Source of the DNA: Marsupella aquatica
Taxonomy: Eukaryota > Plantae > Marchantiophyta
Length of the DNA: 64,000 nucleotides
NCBI GenBank assembly: GCA_973895155.1
Contig: OZ316892.1
Location: forward strand, 19,789,869 to 19,853,868
Direction: 5' to 3'
Positions 1-13,737 of the stretch are shown here, piece by piece. The notes under the pieces were generated by a model, which searched no databases, was not told the DNA's origin, and worked only from the letters and a program-made list of their open reading frames with translations. Made by a program: the position numbers and the translations under genes. Within the stretch, counting starts at the first letter, position 1. Every line of letters begins with the position of its first letter.

Positions 1-1084
1 CTGCCCTAGCTGCACGAGGTCATGGCTGCGGGATCCATCGGGCTTCGGCTCCTCCAATCGCTGCCCAACTGTACTTGATGTCATTGAGCGAGCGGCAGCC
101 AGCCCCAACTTGGGTTCATTTTGTGAAGACTTACGGTAACTCCTCTCACTTCCGTTGATTGCAAAAACCTTCGATCCTTAGCTATATTAGGGAGCTTCTT
201 GCATATTCTCTCACTGAGGAGGTTGTGCAAGGGTTATCAATTGCAACTGAGCCTGGGATGTGCGCATGCTGTTGTTGCATCTGATTGAGCTGGTAAGTTG
301 CTGTCTTCGATTGAGCTGGTAAGTTGCTGTCTCCGATTGAGTTTGACTGTTTGGGCTGCGCTGACATTGCTGCTTTGGGCATCTGAGATGCGACTTGCAG
401 TTTGAGGAGCCGCAACAACATTAGTTGTAGGAGGCTCAGACGACTTGACATGCGACTTGCAGTTTTAGGAGGTGCAGCAAGATCAGTTTCAGGAAGTGAC
501 TTGAGATGTGACTTGCTGCTGCTGATCAAGTTTGAGTAACAGTGAGTTAAAATTCTGTTGCAACCTTTGATTTGGGCTACACTTGTAATGCTGCAAGATT
601 TGAGGTGAACTCAATTGACGCCTGCCAACTGTTACGACGGTAAGTTCACTTGCGCTGCAAGTTGCTGTGAGTTTTATTAGCTAGAACTTCATTAAAATTT
701 GTTATATAGGTGTTTGAGTGATCAGCGATCGACTTGCTAGGTTTGAGAGCTGGGATTGAGGTGCAAATTTGAGAGTTGGGAGTGAGGTACGAGTTTGAGG
801 GCCACTGCAAGTTTGAGAGGCAAGACTCAGCTACAACTTTGAGAGCCAGGATTCGATCAGCTGCAAGTTAGTGGCGGTCAAGAGCAAGGTTTAGGTTGCT
901 AGCTACTCCGCTTTGTTGCTTGGGCTTCAGAATCTCATCCTCTGTACCTATAGGCTATTTTGGATTCCCATCATCCGTGTCATTGCCTTCTTCTCTGCAG
1001 TTTTGCTCATTGTATGGACTACCCCTATCCCTCGTTGGTGGATGGCCGTGTTCACCAGAATTCCTGTCAAAATCCTCTCTTTAA

Positions 1085-1180
1085 GGTCACATATTGCTGG
1101 TCTGTAAGGCTTATAGAAGCATACTGGTCACACATTGCTGGTCTGTAAGGCTTACAGAAGCATACTGGTCACATATTGCT
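1085..1180. repeat. 41-bp tandem repeat, about 2.3 copies
   Basis: GGTCACATATTGCTGGTCTGTAAGGCTTATAGAAGCATACT units start at 1085, 1126 and 1167. Confidence 0.9.
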
Positions 1181-1235
1181 TGTTGTGCTATAGGGTATAA
1201 CCAGGTGCCGTGCTAGCAAATAGTAAATAGATATT

Positions 1236-1390
1236 CTCATACAAGCCAATTTTGCCTCGTACAAGCAAAATTTTGTCTCGTATGAGTAAACAAGTTTCTC
1301 GTATGAGCATATCTATTTACTCGTACGAGTTTCTGTTTTCTTGTATGAGTTTCTGTTTTCTTGTATGAGTATTTTTTTTTCTTGTATGCA
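1236..1390. repeat. Array of 8 degenerate palindromic 10-mers (CTCGTACGAG) at 20-22 bp spacing
   Basis: Copies start at 1236, 1256, 1277, 1298, 1320 (perfect), 1340, 1360 and 1381. Most deviations are C>T or G>A. Confidence 0.8.
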
Positions 1391-1669
1391 TTTTAGTTTC
1401 TTCTCTTCACGGTCCATATATGCAATAAATGTGCGGACAATATTATGGCGGGTCCCATCATTGTACAACATCAGAGGAAATTTCTTGACGATTTCACACA
1501 AGGACTCCAATATATTGCCACAAAATATGAAGTCGAAACAAAGTCATACAATACTAGCGCCCGACGCTAGTATAGTATTATACAAAAAAACAACACTTTA
1601 AGAACTCACACTTCTGCCCATTAGAAAAGACAAACTACAATTGTAGCTGTTCAACGATCAAGCAACAGT

Positions 1670-2916
1670 CTACGTTCTCGTTCCCAACTGCCTATCAAGT
1701 ATGTAACGGACTTCTCCCAACGTTAGAATTGGTTGGCTACATAATGTCGATTCGAGCACATCCAGTTTGAACACATTCTTGAACACCCAATACACATGTT
1801 TGCAAGGCATGTAAGGCTTCCGATAAGTATGCCGACGGTAGAAATCCTCGCAAGAGCAACATGGGAAACAACATATCTGAACCCAATAAGAGGCGACTGA
1901 TCTCTCATGTTCATGGGTCCGGATACAAAACTGTTTCCCCGACGCATTTCCACTCGTGATCTCTCTCTCTCTCCAATGACGCTCATCACTTCTTTTTCAG
2001 AGGCTTCAATTCTCTTCAAATGTGTTTGGGTAAGATGCACTCTTTGCAAGCATTTCTTCCCGTTCCTTGAAGCGCACCTCACAGATGGGTCAGTTAGGTT
2101 GATCCTCTTCGGGAAAAGATTGACATCAATCTGTAACGTAGAAGGCAACGGTGCTTCGATTTCATCTCCATGGCCTTCGGAGAGAATAAGTCCTTGTTCT
2201 TTCAAAAATTGAATCTCTGCTCCAGAAAGATTGGTCCCTCTGGCAATTGGGAGATGTGAAGGAACATTGGGAATGTTCGAGACTCCTCTCCTTGTTGTGC
2301 TTCGGTGACAGTGGTTGTTGGGGCAAAACCATATCTGATCGTTATAAGGTTGGCCCCTGAACATTCTGCATCCTCTCACGGAAATTGCAACAACACCATC
2401 TGGATTTGGAAGGCCAACCTTCTTTACTTGATTTTGACATTCATCACGACTACCTCCGCGTCCAAGGGTTCCGTTACACACTGGACCCGCACCCCATTTT
2501 GAAGTCCGACGCAACTGCCAGGCACCGAGAGGTACTTCACTTTCCATTGGGGAAACTGAATGACAATATGCAGTCTCGACAGGTGTTGCAGGCGTCACTG
2601 GTGGGACAGAGGATCTCGTTGCTCGACGCGTAGGTGTGTCAATGACCACAACTTCCTCAGAAGCATCGCTTTCTGACAAATTATGGACCGCATCAATTCC
2701 ACCGGCTGAAGGCGTAGAAGGCATTTTCTCGAAATCAGTGGAATGCAGGTTTCTCCTTTTCAAACCTTTTGTATTTGGTGAAGTAACAAGGATGGTATCA
2801 TGCCTGTGCGAGTCTTCTGCCGAGATGTTCCCAGTTGCATGTCCTTTTCGTTTCACCGATCAAGTTACAACATCACCATTCAATGGAATGCTTCTTTCCA
2901 AATCAAACTCAGCAAC
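1670..2916 (-). pseudogene. 3' part of MULE-type transposase: Cys-rich region and C-terminal SWIM zinc finger
   Basis: ORF 1723-2856, then a frameshifted tail reading YWVQICCFPCCSCEDF...PCKHVYWVF (SWIM CxC..CxH) with its stop at 1670-1672. It continues upstream at 12154 after the CACTA element is removed, with one frameshift and one TGA near the junction. Confidence 0.75.
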
Positions 2917-3665
2917 CACTAGTAGAAACCGGGGGGTATTTAGACCCCATTAAACGACTATGTAGTACCGTATAGGACTCGGAAACGACTGGGAAGGACT
3001 CCAGTCCTTTATAGGACTGTGAGTCGTATGTTTTGTTACTATAATCAACTGAGTCCTTTATAGAACTGGTTCACGAGTCGTTTAATAGACTGGATTTTCA
3101 GTCTATTGTAGTCTTTGTTTGGGTAGCTTTGGTGAGTCATTTTCAGTCTTTTAAGGGGTGTGATGGCGAGTTGTTGGGAAGGACTAAACAGGTTATGGAG
3201 GGTAGTCTTTAAGTTTACTTTGTGGGTCTATAAAATGACTAAAGGAGATACTTAGTGGGGTATGTATAAGTCATTCATGTCAACTCGAAATGAGTGATGA
3301 AGACCCCACTATACTACTTGGAATGTGCACAAATAAGACATTCCATTCATGTTTTTTTGTGTACTGTAAATGAACTCACTCTATAAGGTCACAAAGCATG
3401 AAACTACCATACACACTAATATTGAAATGATACAAAACAGATTCTAGATCATCCAATGGTCACCTTACAGCCATAGTTTGACATCAATCACTTGTTTCAT
3501 ACATACACACAAAATTCAGAAATATATACATGTCACACATAATGATCACGAATCCTTCATCCTCTTTACCAAATGGAAAAATTGGTACAGATATTTCTTG
3601 GATCTTTCCAAGGCAATGTCAAAATGTAACACAATTCACATGGTTCTATCTACACTTGCATTCAG

Positions 3666-6600
3666 TCACTGCAGACTAACACACTCTGATGGCCAGAGCA
3701 CAAGAGATCCTACTGCATCTGCAATTATTTCCTGAGGTGGATCATCATCTCTATTCGGAAATGACAAATTACAATCAGATACAATCACTATAGTCAACAA
3801 CACTACTATATGGTCATCGGGGACCACTTTGCCATGGAATTTAGCATGATCCGGTCACAAAATGCCTGTACCCACACATACCTGTGAGTCATCCTCCCAT
3901 GATTGAAGATTATGGACTGGCTCTGCTATGGCTATCACCTCCACCTTACCTTGGCTATTTTTCTTGGCTTTCCTGGGTGGCTTATACATGACATTATTCA
4001 TACCTTGGTTGCGAGTCATGACTTTGGCACGAGTGTTTTGTGCTGGTGATCGAGAATTGGCTACACTCTTCTTCAAAGAATCTGCATCCATATTTGACAC
4101 TTCCGATTGTGTAGCAGGATTTCCCTGCGACATCATCTCAGTATATGCCAACATTGTACTTGCTTCAATTGAAGCATCTACAATCTTACTTGCATCCAAT
4201 GTTGCTCCCAAATTTCGACGTCGCTTCACCCTGCTCCCACTTGGTTGAGAGTCTGACAACTCTGCATCAGCTACAATTCAGTGCCATTGTCCAACTTAAG
4301 TGAATCACTCATCACATGTGCTACATGTACATGTCACCAACCACAAAGTTGTCACTATCTCCTTACCATTATGAACAGCCTTCTTCCCCTTCTTTGCCAT
4401 TGCCATATCCTCCATGTCTGCTTCTGCTGATAAATAAACACACCACAATATTCAGGTTGAATCTATTAACCATTGAATTGTCTCTCAACATTCATATAGA
4501 GGAATTTAAAGCATCAGCTTACCTGATACCTCCTTGGCTATGGTCACTGAGGCACTGGGCACATCCTTTTCATTATTGCTCTTTGAGTCACCTGAAGCAA
4601 GTTAATCATGATGTCACTTCAGATCCCAGTTGATCCAACCAGTTCTTACAGAAAAGATTACCTCCAATCGGCTTAAGCTTCACAAAACTCCATGCACTTT
4701 TCAAATATAATCTACTGGATCATAGCAGGTTACCTGTCTCAGCAACCTTCTTGCCCTTCTGCTTACTGATTACAGGGCCCTTCGATGCCTCCACTCTTCC
4801 TGCATTCAAACCATTCACTCAATTCATGAAAACCCACTTCTAATATTTGAACATAGGACACAATGAACAATGGGCCGGTGTCATTTCCATACCTGTGTCA
4901 GATTTGCCAATTCCCTTTTTTGTTAACAAGGGCACACTTTGTACAAGGTTGCCCTCATTGTTTGGCTGGGAACCACCCAATTTCTCAATCACAAGCTTGA
5001 AATTAGATTCCACTGATGCAAGTAGGTTTGCTACAGATGCCTCCAAAATATCCAAACGATCACCCAATTTACTTTCCACTCGAGGAAGTCCACACTCTAA
5101 TGACTTCAACCGTTCACACATCTCTGCAAGAGTTGTAACAGTTCCCTGTAATCACACAGCTTACATATCTCAGATAACTGTCCCCAAGAACTGGTTGCTT
5201 ACTTCCTACTACATTTCCTTCTGATGCTATCGAACATCACAGAATTACAACATAATCACCTGTTTGGAAGTCACACTTGTGACCTCACTCCTTTGTTTCA
5301 TGAACTCCTCTCTCACTTCTTGTGCTGATGGTTCTTCACCTGTCAATTTCTTCTGTATGCCACATCAACATACATATGAATTAAAGCAACTGTTGATTGT
5401 CAATGAAAATGCAATAATAGTAGCAAGATGATTAGTGATAGGCTACGCTTACTATCAGACATGCCTTACCAGTTGTTCTTTCACTGGAGCATAACTTCCT
5501 CTCCCAGCCTGTGAAAGGTGTTTCACTTTGCCTTGAGCATTTGACATCAGTTCACTCTTGCTCTGCCCAGCCTCTGACATGAACCCTTTGATTAACCGTG
5601 TCCATTGATCCAGTTCCAATGATGGGGGTGCTGGCATTCTCCTGTTAGAACCATTGTCTATCCACATCCTTTTCAACCTATGTCTCTCTTGTTTCAAAAT
5701 CCTCATTGCATAATCTGATATGCAATCTTCAACTGGGCCCTTACCATCATTACCAACATACTCCCACCGTTCAAGAATGTCCTTGCAAATAGCAGCCCAA
5801 TCGGCTTTGTTCTTACTCCTAAACTCTGTAATGCTCAAATCTAACCAGCTCAATACTTCTCCTCTCAAGTCAGAATGCCAGCGGTTCTTACCATCACATG
5901 TGGGAGTTATCCAACCATCGGAATTCACTTCTACTTTACCAAATTTGTTATTGTCTCCTGCCTTGGTACTCCCTGAAGCGCTACTAGGTGTCCCTCCACG
6001 GCCTGGTGTCCCCCCACGGACTGGGCCCCCACGGCCTGCACCACGGCCTGGAGCGCATTGTGCAAACCTCCCTGGAGTCTCTGCACATTTACGGGAACCA
6101 TTTTTTAAGTATGAAGCATAAATTTTGCTGCCAAATATACACTGAACTTCAGAGGAATTTTGCAATGACCAAGTTACCTCTCCCTGGGCGCATAGATGGT
6201 TCTGGACCATCTGTCCAATTGCCTTGTCTTGATGAATTAGGGCCGTTTCTCCTGCCTGTGAATGATTGCCTCCTATCTGAACGTGGATGGCCTTTGTTGT
6301 TTTCGTGATTGTCCCAATGAGAGTCTGCATTCACCAACAGGCACATGCCACACTCATGGACCGGTTAGATACACTCTTTGCCCTAGACATCAGATAATTC
6401 CATATTGAGCTACAATTTCTACTACCATCACAAAATCACTAGCACAAAGCACTTACTTGTCCAATTATCCTCCTGATCTTTCCATTGCCCTCTATACCCA
6501 TCTCTACCACGCTTTGGGCATTCATATTCACCCCATCCATCTTCTGCTCCATCGTAGTCATCATCATAATCATCAGGCGTCCCTTGCCAATAACTCTGGC

Positions 6601-6800
6601 TCCTTCTAGGGTATGGATTACGTGATTTCTCTCTGGCTGCCCACCTACCTTGCACTTGATCAGGGCCCTGTGCATCCTGCACAGGTGCATTTTTTTGTGA
6701 GCCCCCTACATCTGGATGTCCATCCATATCCAATCTTTCCTCTTCACCCCACTCTCCAAGCCCCATGTCTGTCTCCATGTCTTCACCCTCTTCCCCCATA
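3666..6800 (-). CDS. Multi-exon CACTA TnpA-like protein (Ptta/En/Spm-type domain), possibly degenerate
   Basis: ORF 5455-6330 ends ...LKQERHRLKRMW..PAPPSLELDQWTRLIKGFMSE..KSELMSNAQ..HLSQAGRGSY. Further exon-like ORFs lie at 4840-5121 and 3855-4259, and a last exon reads ..IADAVGSLVLWP..* (stop 3666). Exon boundaries were not fully resolved. Confidence 0.7.
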
Positions 6801-7605
6801 GTTTCTGCACAGCATCCACAACCAAACCCAGGCTAAATGAGCACACTAAATTCAAAGTATCAATCAATTCCATGCATATGGACATGACCAAAACATCATT
6901 TCGGGAAGCAATTCCCGTTCTGTGACTCTGTGCATGTAGTCATCCTTAACCTCATCAAAGTGAATCTTCAGCCGCTGCCTATTGCACATCATCAACCTCA
7001 TCATATTGCATCTCCCCAGGTTCATATGTCTCTCTCAATGTTAAAGGGATGTAGTCAGTCCCTACCCGAGTAACAACATTGGAATTAAGGGCTCAGAGAA
7101 TTAAAACCGCGTCTTAAAGGTACTAGACAGACAGTAACAGTGAGGAAGGAAGCTGAGGTTTCGCAGGCATTCACTGTCTATTACATGAAGCGGGCCAAGG
7201 ACATTGTCTACAGGTTTAGCGCATGCAATAGGGGTTTTAGGAGCTAAGGAGGCAATGGAGTTCAAGAGCAACATTGTGGGTGCATTGGAGGCCGTGAGGG
7301 GAATGAAAGAATGTTGACGAGTTACAAGATCGATGGAGCTTATAGATGGCTAAATAATGACCACCAGGAGGCCACATAACCTTATAACCACATGCAAGTG
7401 ACAATATAGCAAGGCAGGGAAGAACAGGCAAAAACATGACAGAAAAAACAATTCAGCATGCAATTGAAAATGCAAGCACGTAGGACATTCATAAGAGAAT
7501 TTCAAGTGCAATTCCGGATTGCCGAGCTGCAAGCTCCAAAATACCTACAAGATTGTAGGCGTCAGGTTTTCCACTCCTGCTCTTCCACGACCAGCTTCCA
7601 ATTGC

Positions 7606-8371
7606 TCAAGTGCTGTCCAATCGCAATCTAGAGGAATACCTTTGGCAGGCCTTTCGAGAGACTTCACACTTCAAGCCTTTCGAGTATTTACAACGCACCA
7701 TGGCAACCAGATTGACAACACATGAAAAACAGCCAAGACAAGGAGAGAAGTACTTGCAAGATATCACAACTACCAATAGAGCGTAGTGACAGGCAGACAA
7801 CAACTTTGAATACTGGCATTTATTTTTAATGGGACCTGTTGGCAACTCAAGTTCATACGATAATTTTGGGACAACTTCACTCGGATCCCTATCGTACTGC
7901 ATACCTTAGAGGTCTACAACAATCAAAGTTGTGATCTTTTTTTTTATAATTTTTTTTGTTTTTTTGTGACTCTTGTTGTCCGTCTCGAGCAGGCACAACC
8001 AAGGGTTGGAGTGACGGGAAGGTCTCTTGCAGTTTCACGAGACACCCTCCACTTAGCGGTTTACTTCTCGTCTCCCCAATCCCATCATAACCGAAGCTTG
8101 AATTACAAACAGTGAATAGTTCCCTCAGAAGACGCAAATCTTGGTTATTGTCAACTCCATTATCATCCTCTGGAGAAAACCGAGATTTCATCAGCATGGC
8201 CCTGAGGGTCTTCTTAGATGCATGAGAGTATGAGCGATCATAAGACCATGTCTGTTCGTAGGTCCAGAACTGGAACAATACGAGGCAGATTACACCGAAG
8301 ATTACCCAAATGAGAAAACTCTGCCCTCTGGCGCTTGAGCGCCCTCCTCCAGCTACCTTTTGCACGGCCAT
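7606..8371 (-). pseudogene. Captured host-like gene fragment: 5' end of a type II membrane protein
   Basis: ATG at 8371, a short basic N-terminus, a single TM segment (FLIWVIFGVICLVLFQFW) and a stem region. It shifts into ORF 7606-7902 and lies inside the CACTA TIRs. Family not recognised. Confidence 0.45.
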
Positions 8372-9723
8372 GCTTTACTTCAAAAGTAAGAACCGAAGGA
8401 AGGAGCTTGTCTTTGACAACGCTCAACTTTTCGTGAGACCTATCAATGTCTCGCAGTGCCACAGCTCTCTTCCGACTTCATTGACATCAAGAAGAGAGGA
8501 AACCTTGAAGAGGCTTGATCCTTGATCAGGAATCGACCGAATTATTTCCAGCTGACGTAAATGCAGACACGTCGAACAAAAAAGTGTCTTCAACAGCTCC
8601 AGCAGCCCTATCAAGCGAAATCCAAGCAAAGATCCCCGATTCAAGACGTCAGAAATCAGGCCATCTGCTCGCCCCTACATCAGAAACCAGGAGAGTGTCA
8701 CTTCCGAATAACCATCCTCAGTAATGATCAATCGAGAGACCTCCAATTTGTCAATTCGTCTGCAGGGCTGGACCTCAGAATTTTAGACCGCGGGTTTCAA
8801 GTGACGAATTGATAAGGTTTCTGCCTTAAATAAAAAGGTCGCCCAATCAACCCGGAAACAAGCATGCCGGGCAGCTCTCTCTTGTCCCTCGCGGTGAATA
8901 TTAATAATCCAGACGTGAAGCAGAAAACATATTTTGAGCAACTCTTCATCCATAGCCCCTCATCACCTCACTTCCCTCGTGCCTGCCCTCCTTTCAGTTG
9001 CCACAGACTCTCAGCGGAACCATAGGCGGGGAATTCAATCCTCATCATCAACTTCCCTCCCAGCAAATCCTCTGCCTGCTCAAGGAAAACGATAAAATGC
9101 TCCCATCCTCACAAAGGAAAGAAAAGCACCATTTGCAAAGGACAGAGAGTCAGGATGGTGATCGGCGGGCAGATCGTGTCTAATGCACACAAAATTACAC
9201 ACAGACGAGGAGCTGCCACAAGTTCTCGCCCTCCTCGCTCCCACGAAAAGTCTTCCATTGTCAACACTTCGCCGCAGTACAGGATGAGCTGCTACTGCTC
9301 CATTTGATTACCGTGAGCAAGAAAGGGAAACAAAATCGGAATGATGCCAAAAACCTTTAGTGCATCGCAGCAGGACGGGATGCCCGCACAAGAGAGATCA
9401 TTTCATCTTTCGGTCGACGTCGTGCTGGTCCCGTGGAGGTCGTCCTTCGAAGATGACCATTACTGTGCGCAATTAATGTGCGCGCCGCCGTCCTTCCATG
9501 GAAATTGGAATTTGGAAGTTGGAGATCGTGGCATGAGGATTGACGAGCTTTCGGTAGTGATGGCCGTGCGAGGATTTGCACGAGCGAATGCTCTCATTGA
9601 AGTGACACCAAAAGACCCAACTCGATGAAACGCAACAAAGACTCTTTCTTTCTTTCTGCTACTGTGAATTTCTTCCGATGCTCGATTCTTCATGAATCAG
9701 TTCCCTATCGAATCATGGGCACT

Positions 9724-10220
9724 ATGCCGAGCACTGCGCAAGTGACTGGGATAGACACTGCAAACATGGGGACTTTTGTTTGGCAAGAAATCTGGACATC
9801 AAACCTTCAGCAGTGGCAACGGGAAGCATTACATCAGACGAGTGGACATCAAATGAGCAGTCCAGTTATAGGCAAACGGCGACTGACATAGCGGAGGGAA
9901 AAAATATGCATTGACATAGTGGACATGCGCGCATTGACATAGCGGAGGGGAGCAAAACTACATAAGCCAACTGACCTTTTTAAGGCCCACAATTTCAAGG
10001 GGAGGGACAAAGAGAGCAAGCACTCCAATCTCTTCAATCCCTTCCGCAAGTAGCCGCCAAAATCTACTTCTTGGGGTCCAGCCCATGGATGGAGATCATG
10101 CAAGGTGGTCAATCACAGTAAGTGCAATCAAATGCCGAGCATTGCGCAAGAGACTGGGATAGAGACTGCAAACATGGGGACTCACAGGCAAGAAATCTAG
10201 ACATCAAACCTTCAGCAGTG
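9724..10220 (+). repeat. About 90-bp imperfect direct repeat
   Basis: ATGCCGAGCA..ACTGGGATAGA.ACTGCAAACATGGGGACT..GGCAAGAAATCT.GACATCAAACCTTCAGCAGTGG occurs at about 9724-9815 and about 10132-10220. Confidence 0.85.
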
Positions 10221-11319
10221 GTCGATGGGCTTTGATTCACAGGTCGCCCGGCTTGGTCCCTTGTTGCAGCTCGCCCAGCTCCACAACACCATAGACAAGG
10301 AGTTCGCAGGTCCAGTTTCCACCACGCAGCGTTAGCAAAACGACAATGCTTGATCTTCGCCCTCCGCCCTTTGCCCGAACCCCAAAATATCACAAGCGCA
10401 GCTCCAACGTCCAACCGGCAACCCTCCCCCAAGCTTTGTTAGACAAAAATCAGCACAGCACAGCTGAGCTCGATGGAAATAAGCTTAGCACCCACCGCAG
10501 CTGAACAAAGCTCACACAAGAGCTCATACGGGAGCTCGCTGTGGGAGTAAAAGAAAAATAGGAGGGCCGATGGCAGCCCGCAACTCCCACTGTACCCTGC
10601 TCCTTCACAACTTTGGCGAGCTCCTTTGCAACTCCAATGCAAACTACTATCCACAATTGTAAATGCACATCGATCAGCCAAACCTAAACCCTCCCACTGA
10701 GCTCAGACTCCCACGCAGCACTCCCGCAGTAGCACTCTTGCAACAGCAGCGCAACCCTTTGCACTCCCGCAGCACTCCCGCAGCACATTGCACAGCCTCC
10801 CACAACACTTTGCACAGCGCTCCCGCAGCTCCTGGAGACCTGATTGAAGCCTTGATTGCACACTCTTGAGGCAAAATAGCAGTGCAACCTTGCTAAACCC
10901 CTCGACCCTCTCGCCCTAAACGCTGAGTGGCAGACACTAACCGCAACATTCAACGTTGAGCCTCGATACTTTGTGAGAAAAGTAAAACATGACTGAAAGG
11001 CGCGAGGGTGAAAAGGGTGCAAAGAGCCGTTTGGCGCCAACCTTACCATAACATGGCAGCCCCTAGAGTGATCTCAGCCATCCGGATGAAAAGAGATTGC
11101 CTTGAGTGATCTCGACCATCAATATGTAGGTTTCATGTTAACCCCAGGCCCCCATTCCCTCTACTTCAAGTGTCTAAATTAATTACACTCCAAGCCTTGT
11201 CTAGCCCCTAAAAACTAGTGCTAAGTCATGACTACTCGGCCCTCTCAAAGTATTGCCCAGCTGAGTAAACTTCCAATATGCGACTTTTTGATGGTGGGGA
11301 TCGATGGACTCCATCCAAT

Positions 11320-11820
11320 GGTCCCTAAACCCCCCATCCCCTTAACCCTAAACCCCCCACCCTTGACATCTCAACCCTCCACCCTTGACATGTAAACCCC
11401 CCCTAAACCCCCTTTAGTGAAAACTCAGCCACCCCCACGCCTTGACATATAAACCCCCTAAACGTCTGGACAACTCGACTATGGCCAGACTGTTTTTGCA
11501 ATGCCCGGGGCCATTTTAGAGCGCCGCTTGCAAGTTCAGGATCAATGAAGCATGTTGCCTCTAGCTCTCCAAATCCTCCCAAGGCAGCAAACAAGTTAGG
11601 GTCCACGGTCCCTGTTCGTTTACCCTAAATTGCTGCGTCACTATTTCAATTGAGTGTTCTCTGACCCGAAACCCCCTTTACTGACCCCCACCCCCTTGAG
11701 ACCTAACCGGCCCACCCTTGGCATATAAACCCCCCCTAAACCCCTTTAGTGGTGAACCCCCACACCCTTCACATGTAACCGGCCCACCCTTGAGCCCTAA
11801 ACCCCCCCAAACCCACTATG
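11320..11820. repeat. C-tract-rich subterminal repeats containing CCCTAAA heptamers
   Basis: Repeated AAACCCCC and CACCCTTGAC motifs. CCCTAAA at 11323, 11346, 11401, 11456, 11623, 11734 and 11795. Confidence 0.75.
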
Positions 11821-12153
11821 GAGTATATTCGAAATTAGGGAATTTCAACATGTACGCCGTTTGTCCGTGTTCAAGTTAGCGGGATGTTGGTAAAGAGGTC
11901 GTCAAATGAATTGTGCAACCCCCCCCATATGCCCATTATCAAATTAAAGCCCACAACTAAACCCTACAACCCATCATGTGCTAGAGTGTTCATACTTTTC
12001 ATAGTCTTATCCAAAACCAAAAAGCACTCACAGTCTTTTGTAGTGTTCATGTGAACCGTGGCAATGGTTTCGAGTCATTTAAGGTTGCCAAAAAGGACTT
12101 AGTGGCCTTAGTCCTATAAGGTTTGGTCTAAATTGCCCCGGTTTCTACTAGTG

Positions 12154-12303
12154 AACGTTCGACAGAGGAGATTGGTGGCTTCCTCAAAGAGACGCGGTGA
12201 CCCCGCCAGGTCCGCCGATCTGAAGGCAAGCTCAAAAATAGTTGGGCCAGTTCCTCTGCTCAATCCCCTTTTGTATGCAGTATAAGCAGCAATTTGAGCA
12301 ACC
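12154..12303 (-). pseudogene. Middle segment of the MULE transposase, between the two insertions
   Basis: Reads VAQIAAYTAYKRGLSRGTGPTIFELAFRSADLAGSPRLFEEATNL and joins in frame to ...GCKTDQNRA at 15340 once 12304-15339 and one TSD copy are removed. Confidence 0.8.
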
Positions 12304-13737
12304 AACACGATTTCGGACCGACCGAGAAGTGTGTCGGAGTTCTCATTTAGCCCGATCCCATTTTTTTTCTAAGGCAATGCAATGACCGATAAAACTGGCA
12401 AAAACTCTCCGAAACGCCACTTTCCTCCATTGCATCGCCGCGGGAATGCAGGGAGCGATACGTGCATCGGGTTTTACATTCCGTCAGTGAAAAAGTCCGA
12501 ACTGCGAGTAACTTGGTCCGAACCGCGTAATCCAAGAACGACCACGCACTAACCCAAGTAAAGGGGAAACTTAACCATGGTTAAGGGGAAATTAACCATG
12601 GTTTAGAGCGTCTCCATAAAGAGGAGCGGGCTGCCCATAAAACGTTTGCTTTTGCCAGAGAAAATATCTCCTGACTGAGAGCGAATACCAAACTCCCATC
12701 GAGTCTTACATTCCTCCCAAGCGATTCGACTCTTTCTACCGAAAACCCGATAAATTTATCGGAACAGCCATTCCTGTTCAAGTTCTCCATGTAAGACTAA
12801 CTAGTCATTTAGTGTAAAATGTCCAGATCCGAGCGGACTGCGATAAATTTATCGCATTCTGCATTCCTCTGTTGCAATCATTTGATCCAGTGTTTAGAGA
12901 GGTGTTGCCTTCATTTCGATAAATTTATCAGAGTCTTCATTCCTTTCATGGAAAGAGGAGTAATTGAGAATCCGATAAATTTATCGGAGTTGTCATTTTT
13001 GTGAAAGATTGAATTCAGGGCTTAGGTGTCTGAGGAAGTCATATTTTCAATTCGATTGCGGAGTGCGATAAACTTATCGCATCCTCCTGTGAGAATCATT
13101 TTCCTTTGTTTTGTTTGGAGACTCATCTTCATCTCTGATGTTGCAGTGTTGTCGGGTTTAGGAGGCACAACGGAAGGTCGATTGCACTCCGTGGACAACA
13201 GGTATTGTGACAAATGGCTGTCTTCCTTGAAAATCGTGTCAAACGTGCACACCGGTTGTACAAGAGACTCGTGCGACTCAAAGTTCTCCCCATCGGTATA
13301 GGAGCATTGTGGATGGGTGGTACTGATCCTGGAGATAGGCAGAATCCTCTCCGCATTGAATTCTGCGGAATGAATGATGCAGGAGTTCCAATTCATTCGA
13401 GGTTGATGTTAACGGCGTGTTTACATTCTTTGGAGTTTTCTTGTAACTATTGTTGTCGTCGTCTTGACAACAAGTACCACAAACAGGCTCACTTCTGTTG
13501 TAAGATTTGGAACGAAGACCCTTGGGTGAACCTTTCACGATGAGTGTTTTGACCTTTTCATTGAGGCGCGTCTTGTAAGGACATATTTAAATAAACAAGT
13601 CCTACCCTTGCGCAGCGAATATAATACGTCACGAGTCCTAATCGTTAAACTGTCGTGCAGGGTTGGTATTGTGGATGTGTTCGGTTACACCTGGTGATTG
13701 AAGGTATTTTTATTGGTGGTTTTGGTAGCTCTGCTTC

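Larger units (their letters stand above)
2917..12153. mobile_element. CACTA/En-Spm element, internally deleted or Pack-type, 9.2 kb
   Basis: TIRs CACTAGTAGAAACCGGGG (2917) and CCCCGGTTTCTACTAGTG (ends 12153). 3-bp TSD AAC at 2914-2916 and 12154-12156. GACT/AGTC-rich subterminal repeats at about 2950-3250. Confidence 0.95.

Noticed and set aside
1-1080. ORFs 182-529 and 896-1148
   Set aside because: They lie in low-complexity repeated sequence (GCTGCAAGTT and TTTGAG motifs) with no recognisable domain.
8998-11049. Many short overlapping ORFs
   Set aside because: No motifs, and frames overlap on both strands, as expected by chance in GC-richer DNA.
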